64,000 bases of DNA from an uncultured delta proteobacterium (GCA_963728565.1 CAVSLC010000014.1:64001-128000), one strand, 5' to 3'. Positions 21,615 through 32,253 are shown, counted from the first letter of the stretch. Notes: generated by a model from the letters alone, not told the origin. A program made the numbers and translations.

Positions 21615-22202
21615 ATGATTTCCGCCGTTGTTCTGGCCGCCGGCCGCGCCGAGAGAATGGGCGAGCAAAAGCTATTGCTGCCGCTCAACGATAAGCCGGT
21701 GCTCCAATGGGTGCTGGAGAGCGCATTGGCTTCGAGCGTTCATGAGGTGACTTGTGTCGTGCGTGATCTCAAGGCCGTGCGACAAAGAATCGCGCTGGCG
21801 CATCATCGACTCCATTGGCTAATCAACTACGCCGCGGATCGGGGGCAGAGCACCTCGGTGATAGCCGGGCTATGGGCAATCGAGCCAAGGAGCGATGGCG
21901 TGCTATTTCTGGTCGGCGACCAGCCGCTGGTCAGAAAGGATCTGCTTGACGCCTTAATTCAACGATTCGAACAGAGCTCGGCTTTGATCGTTGCGCCCTC
22001 ATTCAAGGGACAAGCGCGCAATCCGGTTCTGTTCCGGCGTGAACTCTTTCCGGAGATCCTCCGCTTGACAGGCGACCGCGGCGGCCGGTTCTTGATTGAG
22101 AAGCACAAAAGCAGAACGGAGTACGTCGAGTGGCAGCAAGAGATGCCGTTTATGGATATCGATGTGAGAGAGGATTACGAACGACTGAAGGAACTGGCAT
22201 AG
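21615..22202 (+). CDS. mocA: Molybdenum cofactor cytidylyltransferase-like nucleotidyltransferase
   Basis: VLAAG...RMG..KLLL, GQSTS, GDQP, NPVLF, GDRGGR, DID..EDY. Confidence 0.85.
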   Translation: MISAVVLAAGRAERMGEQKLLLPLNDKPVLQWVLESALASSVHEVTCVVRDLKAVRQRIALAHHRLHWLINYAADRGQSTSVIAGLWAIEPRSDGVLFLVGDQPLVRKDLLDALIQRFEQSSALIVAPSFKGQARNPVLFRRELFPEILRLTGDRGGRFLIEKHKSRTEYVEWQQEMPFMDIDVREDYERLKELA

Positions 22203-22211
22203 CTCAACAAT

Positions 22212-23309
22212 TCAATTTGCTTGTCCGACTGCTTCTCCCACCGATCTGAATCCATCTCGTTCGAGCAGCTTGATCAGGCCCTGGTTGATCCGCTTAACCG
22301 CCGCCGGACCCTCATAGACAAATCCTGTATAGATCTGCACCGCGGATGCTCCGGCGGTAATCTTGTCATACGCGTCCCGGGCATTGAAGATTCCGCCGAC
22401 ACCGATGATCGGCAGCCGTCCTCCGGTATTCTTATAGATATGAGAAACGAAGTTCGTCACCATGGTTGTGATTGGCCTGCCGCTCAAACCGCCGGGTTCC
22501 CGGCGCAACGGTGATTTCAAGCTGTCACGCATAAACGCGCTGGCGTTGGTGGCGACGATGCCTGCTAGTTCGAACGAATTCACCACCTCGATAATTTGAT
22601 CCACCTGCGCAAATTCCATATCCGGCGCAATCTTAACAAACACAGGTTTTTCTTGCCGCTGCGCCGCTGCCGCAAGTTGCCGGTTTTTTTCCCGGACAGC
22701 GCTAAGCAAATCCGCAAGCAGCGTTTTCTCCTGCAGGTCGCGCAGGTTCGGCGTATTGGGTGAACTTACGTTCAAGGTAAAAAAGTCGCCGTGCGAATAG
22801 AGCTTTTCAAAAGTCGATAGGAAATCCGCCACGGCGTCCTTGGTTTCGACGATCTTGGTTCGGCCGATATTAATACCCAGCGGAATTCCCGGGATCTTGC
22901 CGTGAGCTCTCAGGTTGGCCAGTCTCGCGGCAATTGCAGTTGCGCCTTCGTTGTTGAAGCCAAGACGATTGATCAGGGCGCAGTCTTCGGGCAGGCGGTA
23001 CAATCGCGGCTTTGGATTTCCCGGTTGAGCCTGGGCCGTCACCGCGCCCAATTCCATAAAGCCGAATCCGAAAGCGGAGATGGTCTGAAGCGCGACGGCA
23101 TTCTTATCAAAGCCTCCGGCCAGGCCGACCGGATTGGAAAAAATCAAAGATTTAATTTGCACGTTGAGCCGTTTGTCCGTCACACGGTAAAAGCGATCGA
23201 GAGGACCGTGCACGAGCTGTAATCGCGAGAGTAACTTTAGAGCTCGGTCGTGGCTTTGTTCCGGATCTTTACTAAACAACCAAGGACGAATGATCGATTT
23301 GTAAAGCAT
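22212..23309 (-). CDS. pyrD: Quinone-dependent dihydroorotate dehydrogenase (class 2)
   Basis: NPVGLAGGFDKN, GNPKPRLYRL, NVSSPNTPNLR, KIAPD, GGLSG, VQIYT. Confidence 0.96.
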   Translation of the reverse strand: MLYKSIIRPWLFSKDPEQSHDRALKLLSRLQLVHGPLDRFYRVTDKRLNVQIKSLIFSNPVGLAGGFDKNAVALQTISAFGFGFMELGAVTAQAQPGNPKPRLYRLPEDCALINRLGFNNEGATAIAARLANLRAHGKIPGIPLGINIGRTKIVETKDAVADFLSTFEKLYSHGDFFTLNVSSPNTPNLRDLQEKTLLADLLSAVREKNRQLAAAAQRQEKPVFVKIAPDMEFAQVDQIIEVVNSFELAGIVATNASAFMRDSLKSPLRREPGGLSGRPITTMVTNFVSHIYKNTGGRLPIIGVGGIFNARDAYDKITAGASAVQIYTGFVYEGPAAVKRINQGLIKLLERDGFRSVGEAVGQAN

Positions 23310-23564
23310 GATTAAACGATCTAGCGGAAAGTTTATCGCTGGGCCAGCGATTGAGAGATTCGGAAGCTGAAAAGTCTTCCACCGAAGCAGGGAGAACCAT
23401 TGGGTCCTCCCTCCTTGGCTCTAAACCCGAGGCAAAGTGCTACTTTTCGAAACCGCCCGAAATACGTTCTTACCCCACCGTAATGAAAATTACCCCGATC
23501 TGCAGTCGCAAGAATCGGGTCGGCTAACATCCCTTCGGATGAGCCGCGACATTGCACTTAATAT

Positions 23565-24182
23565 TTATTTGAAAGGTGCGCACGCCGATGGAGTCATCAA
23601 CATGTTTTCCTGCATAACCATGTACTGCCTGGTTTCCGGCGGCCAGCCGGCGACTTTCTTCGAGGCTTCAGCGCGAATCCGTTCACGTTCGCCGGCATCG
23701 CGATATGCCCATACATGAATGAATTGGTTAAGCGGACCGATGGCGCTGACCCATATGCCAATCAGGGGCGAGAGCTTCGCCCGCTCTGGAACCACTTTGC
23801 CAAAAGCCTCAAGGACCTTGGGCATCGTGCCGGGCTGGTAAGTATAAGTGCGAAATTCGTATATGTTGCCCTGCTTCGTTTCAGGTAATGGCGGCGAAAA
23901 TGGCGCAGGCTGCAAAATCTTATTCTCCTGGGTGACGATAAATTCTTGGGTCTTCGGTGGCCACATGCCGGTCTTTCTGGCCTCATTGCCAATCCGTTCA
24001 CGGTCCTCAAAACTTTCGTAAGGCCAGACATGGACGACGCGATTAAGGCCGCCGACCTCCGATTGCCAGAGGCCTAGCAGCCGTGAAAACTGCAGGCGCG
24101 CCGTCAATCCTTCGGCAAATTTTTCGACGAAGTTAGCGGTCATTCCGGGCTTCAGCACATAGGTTCGCATTTCTAAGATCAT
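23565..24182 (-). CDS. NIPSNAP-family protein (two domains)
   Basis: Duplicated YExRTY...G.LN..vHvW.Y....ER..R repeat. Confidence 0.9.
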   Translation of the reverse strand: MILEMRTYVLKPGMTANFVEKFAEGLTARLQFSRLLGLWQSEVGGLNRVVHVWPYESFEDRERIGNEARKTGMWPPKTQEFIVTQENKILQPAPFSPPLPETKQGNIYEFRTYTYQPGTMPKVLEAFGKVVPERAKLSPLIGIWVSAIGPLNQFIHVWAYRDAGERERIRAEASKKVAGWPPETRQYMVMQENMLMTPSACAPFK

Positions 24183-24279
24183 AAAGATTTCCTCCGTCCT
24201 GAGGGTTTTCTATCCTTTCCCACAAAGCGGTGAACAAATGCAACAGGGATAGGCGACTCAGATCGGCAAAACTTTCCCT

Positions 24280-24360
24280 TCCAATAAGAGTTGGGGAGCG
24301 CGGGCCTGCGCAGTGATCCAAAGATCGTTCAAATCCATCGGTTACCTTGAAGATCAATGG
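24280..24360 (-). pseudogene. Short VapC/PIN toxin relic
   Basis: Translates as PMDLNDLWITAQARAPQLLL, preceded out of frame by LQG; resembles the PIN motif G.PIG.NDLWIAA.A. Confidence 0.4.
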
Positions 24361-24541
24361 TGAGCATCATTTGCGCGACTTGTCACTTTTGTCGAGAGGC
24401 CGAGATTTGTTGACGCAGTTTATCCTTGGAAACTCCCGCAAGTGACGAAAACACTGCACTCGCGCCTGGTATGTTTGTTGCTCGATGATGAGCCTTCCAA
24501 CCTGAAAGGAGCGTTTCACTCAGTCTTAACGCAACCACACC

Positions 24542-26002
24542 ATGAACTTATTCGCACGCAAACCAACCGAAGACTCAGCATCGGCCGGAGACCGATCCGG
24601 TACGCAGCAAACAGAGCCGTCAACGCCTGTGAGCTGGAAAGATTTTGGCGCGGCTCAACAACGGGAAGCCGATGAAAATCGATCGAGCACAATTTGGCAG
24701 CGGCAACATCGATCGTTCTATCTGCCGGTCAAAGGCAAGTTCGCTCTGTCCACGGCTTTTGCTTGCGCATGGGTTTTTCTATCCTGGAATCTCGCCCAGC
24801 CTTGGCTAAACGAGCTCGCCAATGATATCGGGCACGCGCCGGCTGTGGTGATTATTTTCTTTATCGCGCTGTTTCCCGGTTTCTTGAATGCGCACATCAT
24901 CTCGAGTGTCATCCTGGACCGGCCGCCTGAGCTCCGCTTCGATATAGAGTATCCGCCGATTAACCTCTTGATTGCCGCTTACAATGAAGCTCAAGAGATT
25001 GCCGAAACCATTCGCGGTATAAAGGGACAGGACTACCCCGGCCGGATAGATATCATCGTGGTCGATGACGGTTCCACGGATAACACTACCGCCATTCTCA
25101 ACTCCTTCGATTTGCCCAATCTGAAAATTATTCGGGCGAATCACGGCGGCAAGGCAAAGGCGCTTAACGAAGGACTCAATCATGTAAGTCACGATATCAT
25201 CGTTTGTATCGATGCGGATACTTTCCTTCAGCCGGAAGCATTGAAGCGACTCGTCGCCCGCTTTTTGAGTGATCCGCAGGGCACGGCGGCGGTTGCGGGA
25301 TGCGTGCTTGTAAAAAATTCTCGCGATACTTTTATGACACGGCTACAGGAGTGGGATTACTTTACCGGGATTGCATCGGCTAAACGTCAACAATCTTTAT
25401 ATCAGGGAACGTTGGTTGCCCAAGGAGCCTTTAGCGCCTTCAACAGCAAGGTTGTCAAGGCGCACAAAGGTTGGCCCTCGGTTATAGGAGAGGACATCGT
25501 GCTGACCTGGGCGCTCATCAAAAGCGGCTGGCGTATTGGTTTTGAGCCGACCGCCATTGGCTTTACCGCCGCGCCGACGACCCTAAAGGGTTTTTTCCGT
25601 CAGAGAAAACGCTGGGCGCGAGGCATGATCGAAGGATTAAAGCAGCACGGTCATTTGATCTGGAGCAGTTCTCGATTGTCAGCTTTTTTCGTCGGGATTG
25701 ATTTCGTCATCCCGCTGATGGACTTGTTCTATACGTTTGTATTTCTACCCGGCATCATTTTAGCCCTCTTCGGCTACTACTATATCGTCGGTCCGACCAC
25801 GTTGCTGGTTCTACCGATGGCGTTTTTGATCGTGTTCTTTATGTATCGAAAACAGCAAGTCGTCTTTAAAACACTCAGTCTTCGGGTGCGACAAAATTTC
25901 GCCGGCTTTATCGTGTACATGCTTATCTATCAGATAATCATGTCCCCGATCTGTGTTATCGGCTATGTCCAAGAACTACTCGGAACTGCCAAACGGTGGT
26001 AA
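24542..26002 (+). CDS. Processive GT2 glycosyltransferase (PgaC/IcaA-like)
   Basis: DDGSTD, GKAKALN, DAD, GED, QRKRW motifs; N- and C-terminal TM helices. Confidence 0.9.
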   Translation: MNLFARKPTEDSASAGDRSGTQQTEPSTPVSWKDFGAAQQREADENRSSTIWQRQHRSFYLPVKGKFALSTAFACAWVFLSWNLAQPWLNELANDIGHAPAVVIIFFIALFPGFLNAHIISSVILDRPPELRFDIEYPPINLLIAAYNEAQEIAETIRGIKGQDYPGRIDIIVVDDGSTDNTTAILNSFDLPNLKIIRANHGGKAKALNEGLNHVSHDIIVCIDADTFLQPEALKRLVARFLSDPQGTAAVAGCVLVKNSRDTFMTRLQEWDYFTGIASAKRQQSLYQGTLVAQGAFSAFNSKVVKAHKGWPSVIGEDIVLTWALIKSGWRIGFEPTAIGFTAAPTTLKGFFRQRKRWARGMIEGLKQHGHLIWSSSRLSAFFVGIDFVIPLMDLFYTFVFLPGIILALFGYYYIVGPTTLLVLPMAFLIVFFMYRKQQVVFKTLSLRVRQNFAGFIVYMLIYQIIMSPICVIGYVQELLGTAKRW

Positions 26003-26133
26003 CAGATGCGCCACTGCATGGCGTATCCTGAATAACGCCGCTCCCGAAATAAATCAGAATCTCGCCGGCAAGTAGATCTAAGCTTCAATTCAACGGGCCC
26101 AAACCACAGAAAAATGTGGACCACTGAAAACGT

Positions 26134-27774
26134 TTGTGGCATTTTAGCGAATCTACTTACTTTCAGTACCTTGAGGAAACTTTGATCGAATCAAAACTAA
26201 TTGATCGCGTTCTACGACGGCATAGGGCCATATTCGCAGCGACTTTGACAATGATGATAATATTCATGTCATGTTCGCCGATGCTGGCCGCCGAGTCGGC
26301 CGATTCTGTTGATGAGCTGCAGAGTAGGATTAAAGCCACATCCGACCGATCGACTTTAGCCAGACTGCACAAGCAGCTGGGCGATCGATATATAGCTCAA
26401 GACCGGATCGCGGATGCGGCTGAGGCGTACGGTGATGCGCTGGAAACTGACCCGGATCAATTCTCAAGTGCAGAACGAGTGCGAATGGCTATCTATCTCT
26501 CGTGGGCGGATAAGTTAAAACGGTCGGAGCGCGAGCTTAGAGCGGTGCTTGATCGGGAACCGAAACACCAGGAAGCGCGCACTCATCTGGCGCGGGTACT
26601 ATCCTGGCAAGGTGAGCTGTCTGAAGCCATTGAAGAGGCCGACAACGTACTTAAGGAGCATCCAAATGATCGGGAAGCCTCACTGATCAAAGCCGATGCG
26701 TTGCAATGGCGAGGAAACTACAGCGAGGCAATTCCGCTATACAGGCAACTCGGCGCAAACGATAACTTCGATGCGCGGGTTGGGCTCTCCCGGTCTCTTC
26801 TTGCGACGGGAAACCGGACTGGTTCCTTAGAAATCATGAGCTCATTGAAACCCGGCAATGCTCGACAAGAGCGGGAGTTGATAAAATTGCGGGAATCCAT
26901 CGATCAGGAGACTCGACCTTCTTTAGATGCCCGTTACAATTATTTCAGTGATTCCGACGACAACCGCCTGAACCGCTACTCGCTTTCATCGAATTTCTCA
27001 ATTGGCAATCAGAAACTCGGCGTGACCTTCAGGCACACAGATGCCGAGGACGAGACACGAGACAATCGAGCTGAGGACCTGTCGTTCCGAGTTTATACCA
27101 ATCCGACGGAGCGGCTTATCCTTGGCGGCGGCTTGGGGTTCACTCAACTCCGGGATGGCCGAACCTCAACCTTCCCGACCGGTCACTTAAGAATTGAAAC
27201 GAAGCTATTTAGAGGCGCCGCCGGCGCTACCGTGCATCGGGAGGTTCTCAGTGAGACGGCTGAACTGATCGAGAATCGTATACGGATGACAGATGCCGGG
27301 TTTTACCTATCGCAACCTCTAACCGATCGAATAACCGTCTATGCCGGTTACAACTACAAGGATTTCTCTGACGGCAACCACGCCAACGATGTGCGACTGG
27401 TGTCCCAATACGCGCTGTATTTTAATCCGCGCATTGCCATCGGTCACCGATTTCGCTTCCTGGACTTTCATACGCAAAGCCGCAGCGGGTTTTTCGATCC
27501 CAGCAACTACATCGCCAACCGCGTTTTCACTTCCTATTGGTTAGAACGGGACAAATATTACACCTATCTCGAAGGTTATTTTGGCTACGAAACTTTTCGT
27601 AGAAACCGCGTTGCCTCCGACAACTTCATCTACGGCGGCTCCGGCAGTATCGGCTTTAAGCCGATTTCTACTTTGGCTATAGAGTTTAACGCCGAAGGTG
27701 GCACCTTCGCCGCCGGCTCAGCATCCGGCTTCAACTATTTCGTTATCGGCCCGAGAGTTCTGTTCAGATTCTAA
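26134..27774 (+). CDS. TPR-repeat protein with C-terminal outer-membrane beta-barrel (PgaA/YaiO-like); true start probably TTG at 26182
   Basis: Signal peptide, TPR helices (LARVLSWQGELSEA), alternating aromatic beta-strands, terminal Phe (VLFRF). Confidence 0.75.
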   Translation: MWHFSESTYFQYLEETLIESKLIDRVLRRHRAIFAATLTMMIIFMSCSPMLAAESADSVDELQSRIKATSDRSTLARLHKQLGDRYIAQDRIADAAEAYGDALETDPDQFSSAERVRMAIYLSWADKLKRSERELRAVLDREPKHQEARTHLARVLSWQGELSEAIEEADNVLKEHPNDREASLIKADALQWRGNYSEAIPLYRQLGANDNFDARVGLSRSLLATGNRTGSLEIMSSLKPGNARQERELIKLRESIDQETRPSLDARYNYFSDSDDNRLNRYSLSSNFSIGNQKLGVTFRHTDAEDETRDNRAEDLSFRVYTNPTERLILGGGLGFTQLRDGRTSTFPTGHLRIETKLFRGAAGATVHREVLSETAELIENRIRMTDAGFYLSQPLTDRITVYAGYNYKDFSDGNHANDVRLVSQYALYFNPRIAIGHRFRFLDFHTQSRSGFFDPSNYIANRVFTSYWLERDKYYTYLEGYFGYETFRRNRVASDNFIYGGSGSIGFKPISTLAIEFNAEGGTFAAGSASGFNYFVIGPRVLFRF

Positions 27775-28082
27775 GTCGCCGCACCTCGCTGACAGGATGA
27801 TGCCGCGATTCTCAGCTAGCCCCAAGCGCTCGATCTCCCATTAGCCTTTCTCTGCCGTTGCGGAAACACTCGCCAAATGGCGGAGTTCTTTCCGACCAAA
27901 GCGCAGAGCACATTCAAAACGGAAATAGCGGCCAGGTATCTTGGTCGCGTCTCGCAGGGAAGTTTTGCGACGGAGTAGTTTTACAAAGCCGTCAATCTTG
28001 ATAAGAAAAGATTCAGTGGAGCTTCGGTCCGGCGAAACGCCAACGACGACGTTTTTTTCACCGGGCTGATCTCGTCTTTTGA

Positions 28083-29210
<1,128 letters not shown>

Positions 29211-29318
29211 TAGCGCCGGGTTTAAGCTTACGGAAGCCTGCTAGAATCAGTCTGATATAAATCCAGTGCGTGATCACGGCGGGGCTGAATTCGGGCTGCT
29301 TTGCTTCAGGCAAACGGC

Positions 29319-29347
29319 TTGCAGTTTAGACGAATTCTTTCTATAAG
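29319..29347 (+). promoter_or_regulatory. Sigma70-type promoter candidate for coxSMG
   Basis: TTGCAG-N17-TATAAG. Confidence 0.45.
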
Positions 29348-29410
29348 TTAGGCCCAGTACTTATCCGCATCACTACAAACCATTTCGAAAATTGTGTGAA
29401 AGGGACCGCG

Positions 29411-29878
29411 ATGGAGAAGAAAATCAAACTGCGCGTGAATGGCAAAAAGCATGAGCTTGAGGTTCCGACCAATCGATTATTGATCGACTGTTTGCGTTAC
29501 GACTTGGGTTTGACCGGTACCAAGGAGGGATGCAGCGTTGGAGTCTGCGGCGCATGCACGGTGTTGATGGATGATGAAATGATCAGTGCTTGTATCACGC
29601 TCGCGGTAATGGCCGATGGGCACGAGATCACGACGGTCGAAGGTCTTGCCCAAAACGGTGAGCTTCATCCGGTGCAAAAGAGCTTTATCCAGTACGGCGG
29701 TTTTCAGTGCGGCATCTGCACTCCCGGGCAGGTGGTTGCTGCTAAGGCTTTGCTCGACGAAAATCCCAAACCGACCGAGGACGAGATCAAGGATTGGATG
29801 ATGGGCAATCTTTGCCGTTGCACCGGTTACTACAAGATCATCGAATCGATTCAAAAGGCGCACCAGTTCGCAAGATAA
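29411..29878 (+). CDS. coxS: Xanthine/CO dehydrogenase-family 2x[2Fe-2S] small subunit
   Basis: GTKEGCSVGVCGACTV, QCGICTPG, GNLCRCTGY. Confidence 0.93.
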   Translation: MEKKIKLRVNGKKHELEVPTNRLLIDCLRYDLGLTGTKEGCSVGVCGACTVLMDDEMISACITLAVMADGHEITTVEGLAQNGELHPVQKSFIQYGGFQCGICTPGQVVAAKALLDENPKPTEDEIKDWMMGNLCRCTGYYKIIESIQKAHQFAR

Positions 29879-29888
29879 GGACACAGCC

Positions 29889-30833
29889 ATGATACCCTTT
29901 GAATATCGTACGCCTAAAAGTCTCAAGGAAGTGCACGCGACGTTAAAAGAATTCGGATCCGACGCGAAGCTCATCGCCGGCGGCACCTCGCTGGTGATCA
30001 TGATGAGGCAGCGGTTGGTCAGGCCCAGCTGTCTGGTGAGCTTACGGTCCGTGCGAGGGCTGAACAGCATTGAGATTCATGATGGCGGCACCCGGATCGG
30101 CGGCTTGGCCACACATCGCGAAGTGGAGTCGTCCTCTTTGCTGCGCCGCAGATTGCCATTACTCGCGGAAACGTATCACCATGTTGCGACGATTCGGATT
30201 CGTAACATGGCCACTGTCGGCGGCGGATTAGCCCACGCTGATCCCAACCAGGATCCTCCTCCCACTTTGATTGCCCTTGGGGCTACGGTGAAGGCAACAT
30301 CGGCCGACGGGAGCCGGGTCCTTCCCCTAGATGAGTTTTTTACTGACTACTATGAAACCGTTCTCAAACCGGATGAAATCGTCACCGAAGTGTTCATTCC
30401 CAAAATGGCGCCCAACAGCGCCGGCGCCTATTTGAAATTTCTGCCGCGCACCGCGGATGATTATGCAACCGTTTCCGCGGCCGCGGTGCTCACTCTGGAT
30501 AAAACTAGAAGGACGATCAATGACGTGCGCATTGCCTTAGGCAGTGTCGGAGTGACCCCGATCAGAGCCACGGCGGCGGAAGCCGTCTTGCGCGGCCAAC
30601 CTCTAAAAGCGGAAGCTTTTGCCGAGGCCGGAGAAAAGGCCAAAGAGGCGGTTGATCCAGTAAGCGATTTCCGTGGCTCTGCTGCATATAAAAAGGAAAT
30701 GGCTGGGGTGTTCGTTCGGCGCGCGCTGGAGAAAGCTTTGGCCAACCTGCGTCAGCAAGCTAAACCGAAGCCTGCTCTGAAGGCCATCAAGAAGGCCATC
30801 AAAAAGGCCGTCAAGAAAGGGAAAAAACGTTGA
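29889..30833 (+). CDS. coxM: Xanthine/CO dehydrogenase-family FAD-binding medium subunit with Lys/Ala-rich tail
   Basis: IAGGTSL, IRNMATVGG, AHADP, DFRGSAAYK. Confidence 0.93.
   Translation: MIPFEYRTPKSLKEVHATLKEFGSDAKLIAGGTSLVIMMRQRLVRPSCLVSLRSVRGLNSIEIHDGGTRIGGLATHREVESSSLLRRRLPLLAETYHHVATIRIRNMATVGGGLAHADPNQDPPPTLIALGATVKATSADGSRVLPLDEFFTDYYETVLKPDEIVTEVFIPKMAPNSAGAYLKFLPRTADDYATVSAAAVLTLDKTRRTINDVRIALGSVGVTPIRATAAEAVLRGQPLKAEAFAEAGEKAKEAVDPVSDFRGSAAYKKEMAGVFVRRALEKALANLRQQAKPKPALKAIKKAIKKAVKKGKKR
30780..30815 (+). repeat. Three tandem 12-bp units in the coxM tail
   Basis: AAGGCCATCAAG AAGGCCATCAAA AAGGCCGTCAAG encoding KAIK KAIK KAVK. Confidence 0.85.
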
Positions 30834-31279
30834 AATTCACTCAGAGTGCGCAGATCCCCGTTGCCCGCGAACCGCTTTGGGAGTTTCTCATGGATGTTCC
30901 GAAAGTGGCCAAATCGCTCCCGGGCGTGGAGTCGGTCCGCAAAATCGATGATAAGACCTATGAAGGAGCTCTGACGGTCCGAGTAGGACCGATCAAACTG
31001 AACCTGCAGGGCAAGATTATCGTTGAAGAGCAAAGCAAAGAGAATTGGCGCGCAGCGCTGCGGGCGGAAGCCAAAGATCGAATGGCCGCAGGCGCCGTTA
31101 ACGGGAAAACCAACATGGTGTTAAAGGAACTCGGCGCCAATCAAACCGAGTTGTTAGTCGACACCGATGTCAACATACTCGGCAAGATCGGTGAATTTGG
31201 CCAGCCGATTATTAGAAAAAAAGCGGACTCTATGCTCAAAGAGTTCGTTGAAAATATCAAGAAGCAACTAACTGCCTAG
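30830..31279 (+). CDS. coxG: CoxG/SRPBCC-family protein
   Basis: W.FL.D...A..LPG, VRVGPI, GKIGEFGQPII; TTGA overlap with the coxM stop. Confidence 0.88.
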   Translation: MKFTQSAQIPVAREPLWEFLMDVPKVAKSLPGVESVRKIDDKTYEGALTVRVGPIKLNLQGKIIVEEQSKENWRAALRAEAKDRMAAGAVNGKTNMVLKELGANQTELLVDTDVNILGKIGEFGQPIIRKKADSMLKEFVENIKKQLTA

Positions 31280-31402
31280 TGGCCGGCCGCTTTCGATAAC
31301 GCGACGGATTCATTACGTGAGTTTCCTGACGCGGAGCAAAACTCCCTGACGCGGAGCGTCATTGATACTCGTCGCTGACAAGCCGAATGGCCAGCCTGTG
31401 AA

Positions 31403-32164
31403 CTAACGATGCTTCCAATTGGGCGTCCTTTTTTCTAGGAATGCCCGGACTCCCTCATCGACGTCCTCAGTGTGCAACAGTTCATGGCAGTAGATTTCCT
31501 CGGATCGGTTAAGCGCGCCGGAAAAATCTCGCAAAGACAACTCTCGTAAGCCCTTCAGCGCAATCCGCATTACGGCTCCGCTTTTTGAAAGAAGTTCGTC
31601 GAGTAACGATGTCACACCGTCGTCGAATTGATCTTCCGCAAAGACACGGTTGATCAATCCAACGTCAAGCGCTTCTCGGGCGCTATAGCGCCGTCCGGTA
31701 AGAATCATTTCGGCGGCGCGATGGTATCCGATCAGCGTAGAGAAACGCGCTAGCGCAACCGGCGGATAACAACCCACATGTATCTCGGGGGTGGCAAATG
31801 AGCTGTTTTCCGATGCGACGATAAAGTCACAGCAAGTTGCAAGCTCGCAACCGCCGCCGAAACATACTCCCCGAACCGCTGCGATGGTAACCTGTGGCAG
31901 ACCCAACAGCTTGCGAATGACCCGGTGTACGATCTCGAGCATCTCGGGAACCTTTTCCCGGGTGTGATCGCGAACATCCACGCCGGCAGAAAAGGCGCGT
32001 GTGCCGGCGCCCCGGAGGACGACGACGTCGGTTGTGCCATCCGCAGTGCATGCCGATAGTTCTTGGTCTAGATCTCGCAACAATTCGATACCGAGAACGT
32101 TTACGGGCGGATGCTCAATGGTAATGGAGGTTACCCGCGATTTCTTTTCTTTATCTAACCCCAT
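31403..32164 (-). CDS. Enoyl-CoA hydratase/isomerase (crotonase), dienoyl-CoA hydratase-like
   Basis: FSAGVDVRDH, GGGCELATCCD, PEIHVGCYPP, EGVRAFLEKR. Confidence 0.9.
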   Translation of the reverse strand: MGLDKEKKSRVTSITIEHPPVNVLGIELLRDLDQELSACTADGTTDVVVLRGAGTRAFSAGVDVRDHTREKVPEMLEIVHRVIRKLLGLPQVTIAAVRGVCFGGGCELATCCDFIVASENSSFATPEIHVGCYPPVALARFSTLIGYHRAAEMILTGRRYSAREALDVGLINRVFAEDQFDDGVTSLLDELLSKSGAVMRIALKGLRELSLRDFSGALNRSEEIYCHELLHTEDVDEGVRAFLEKRTPNWKHR

Positions 32165-32253
32165 GTCATCCCTATACCGTTGAATGTGACAAAAGGCGAG
32201 TCAGTCACCTGTGTAACGAATGGGATAGAAGGATACATCTCGACAAATCTGGT

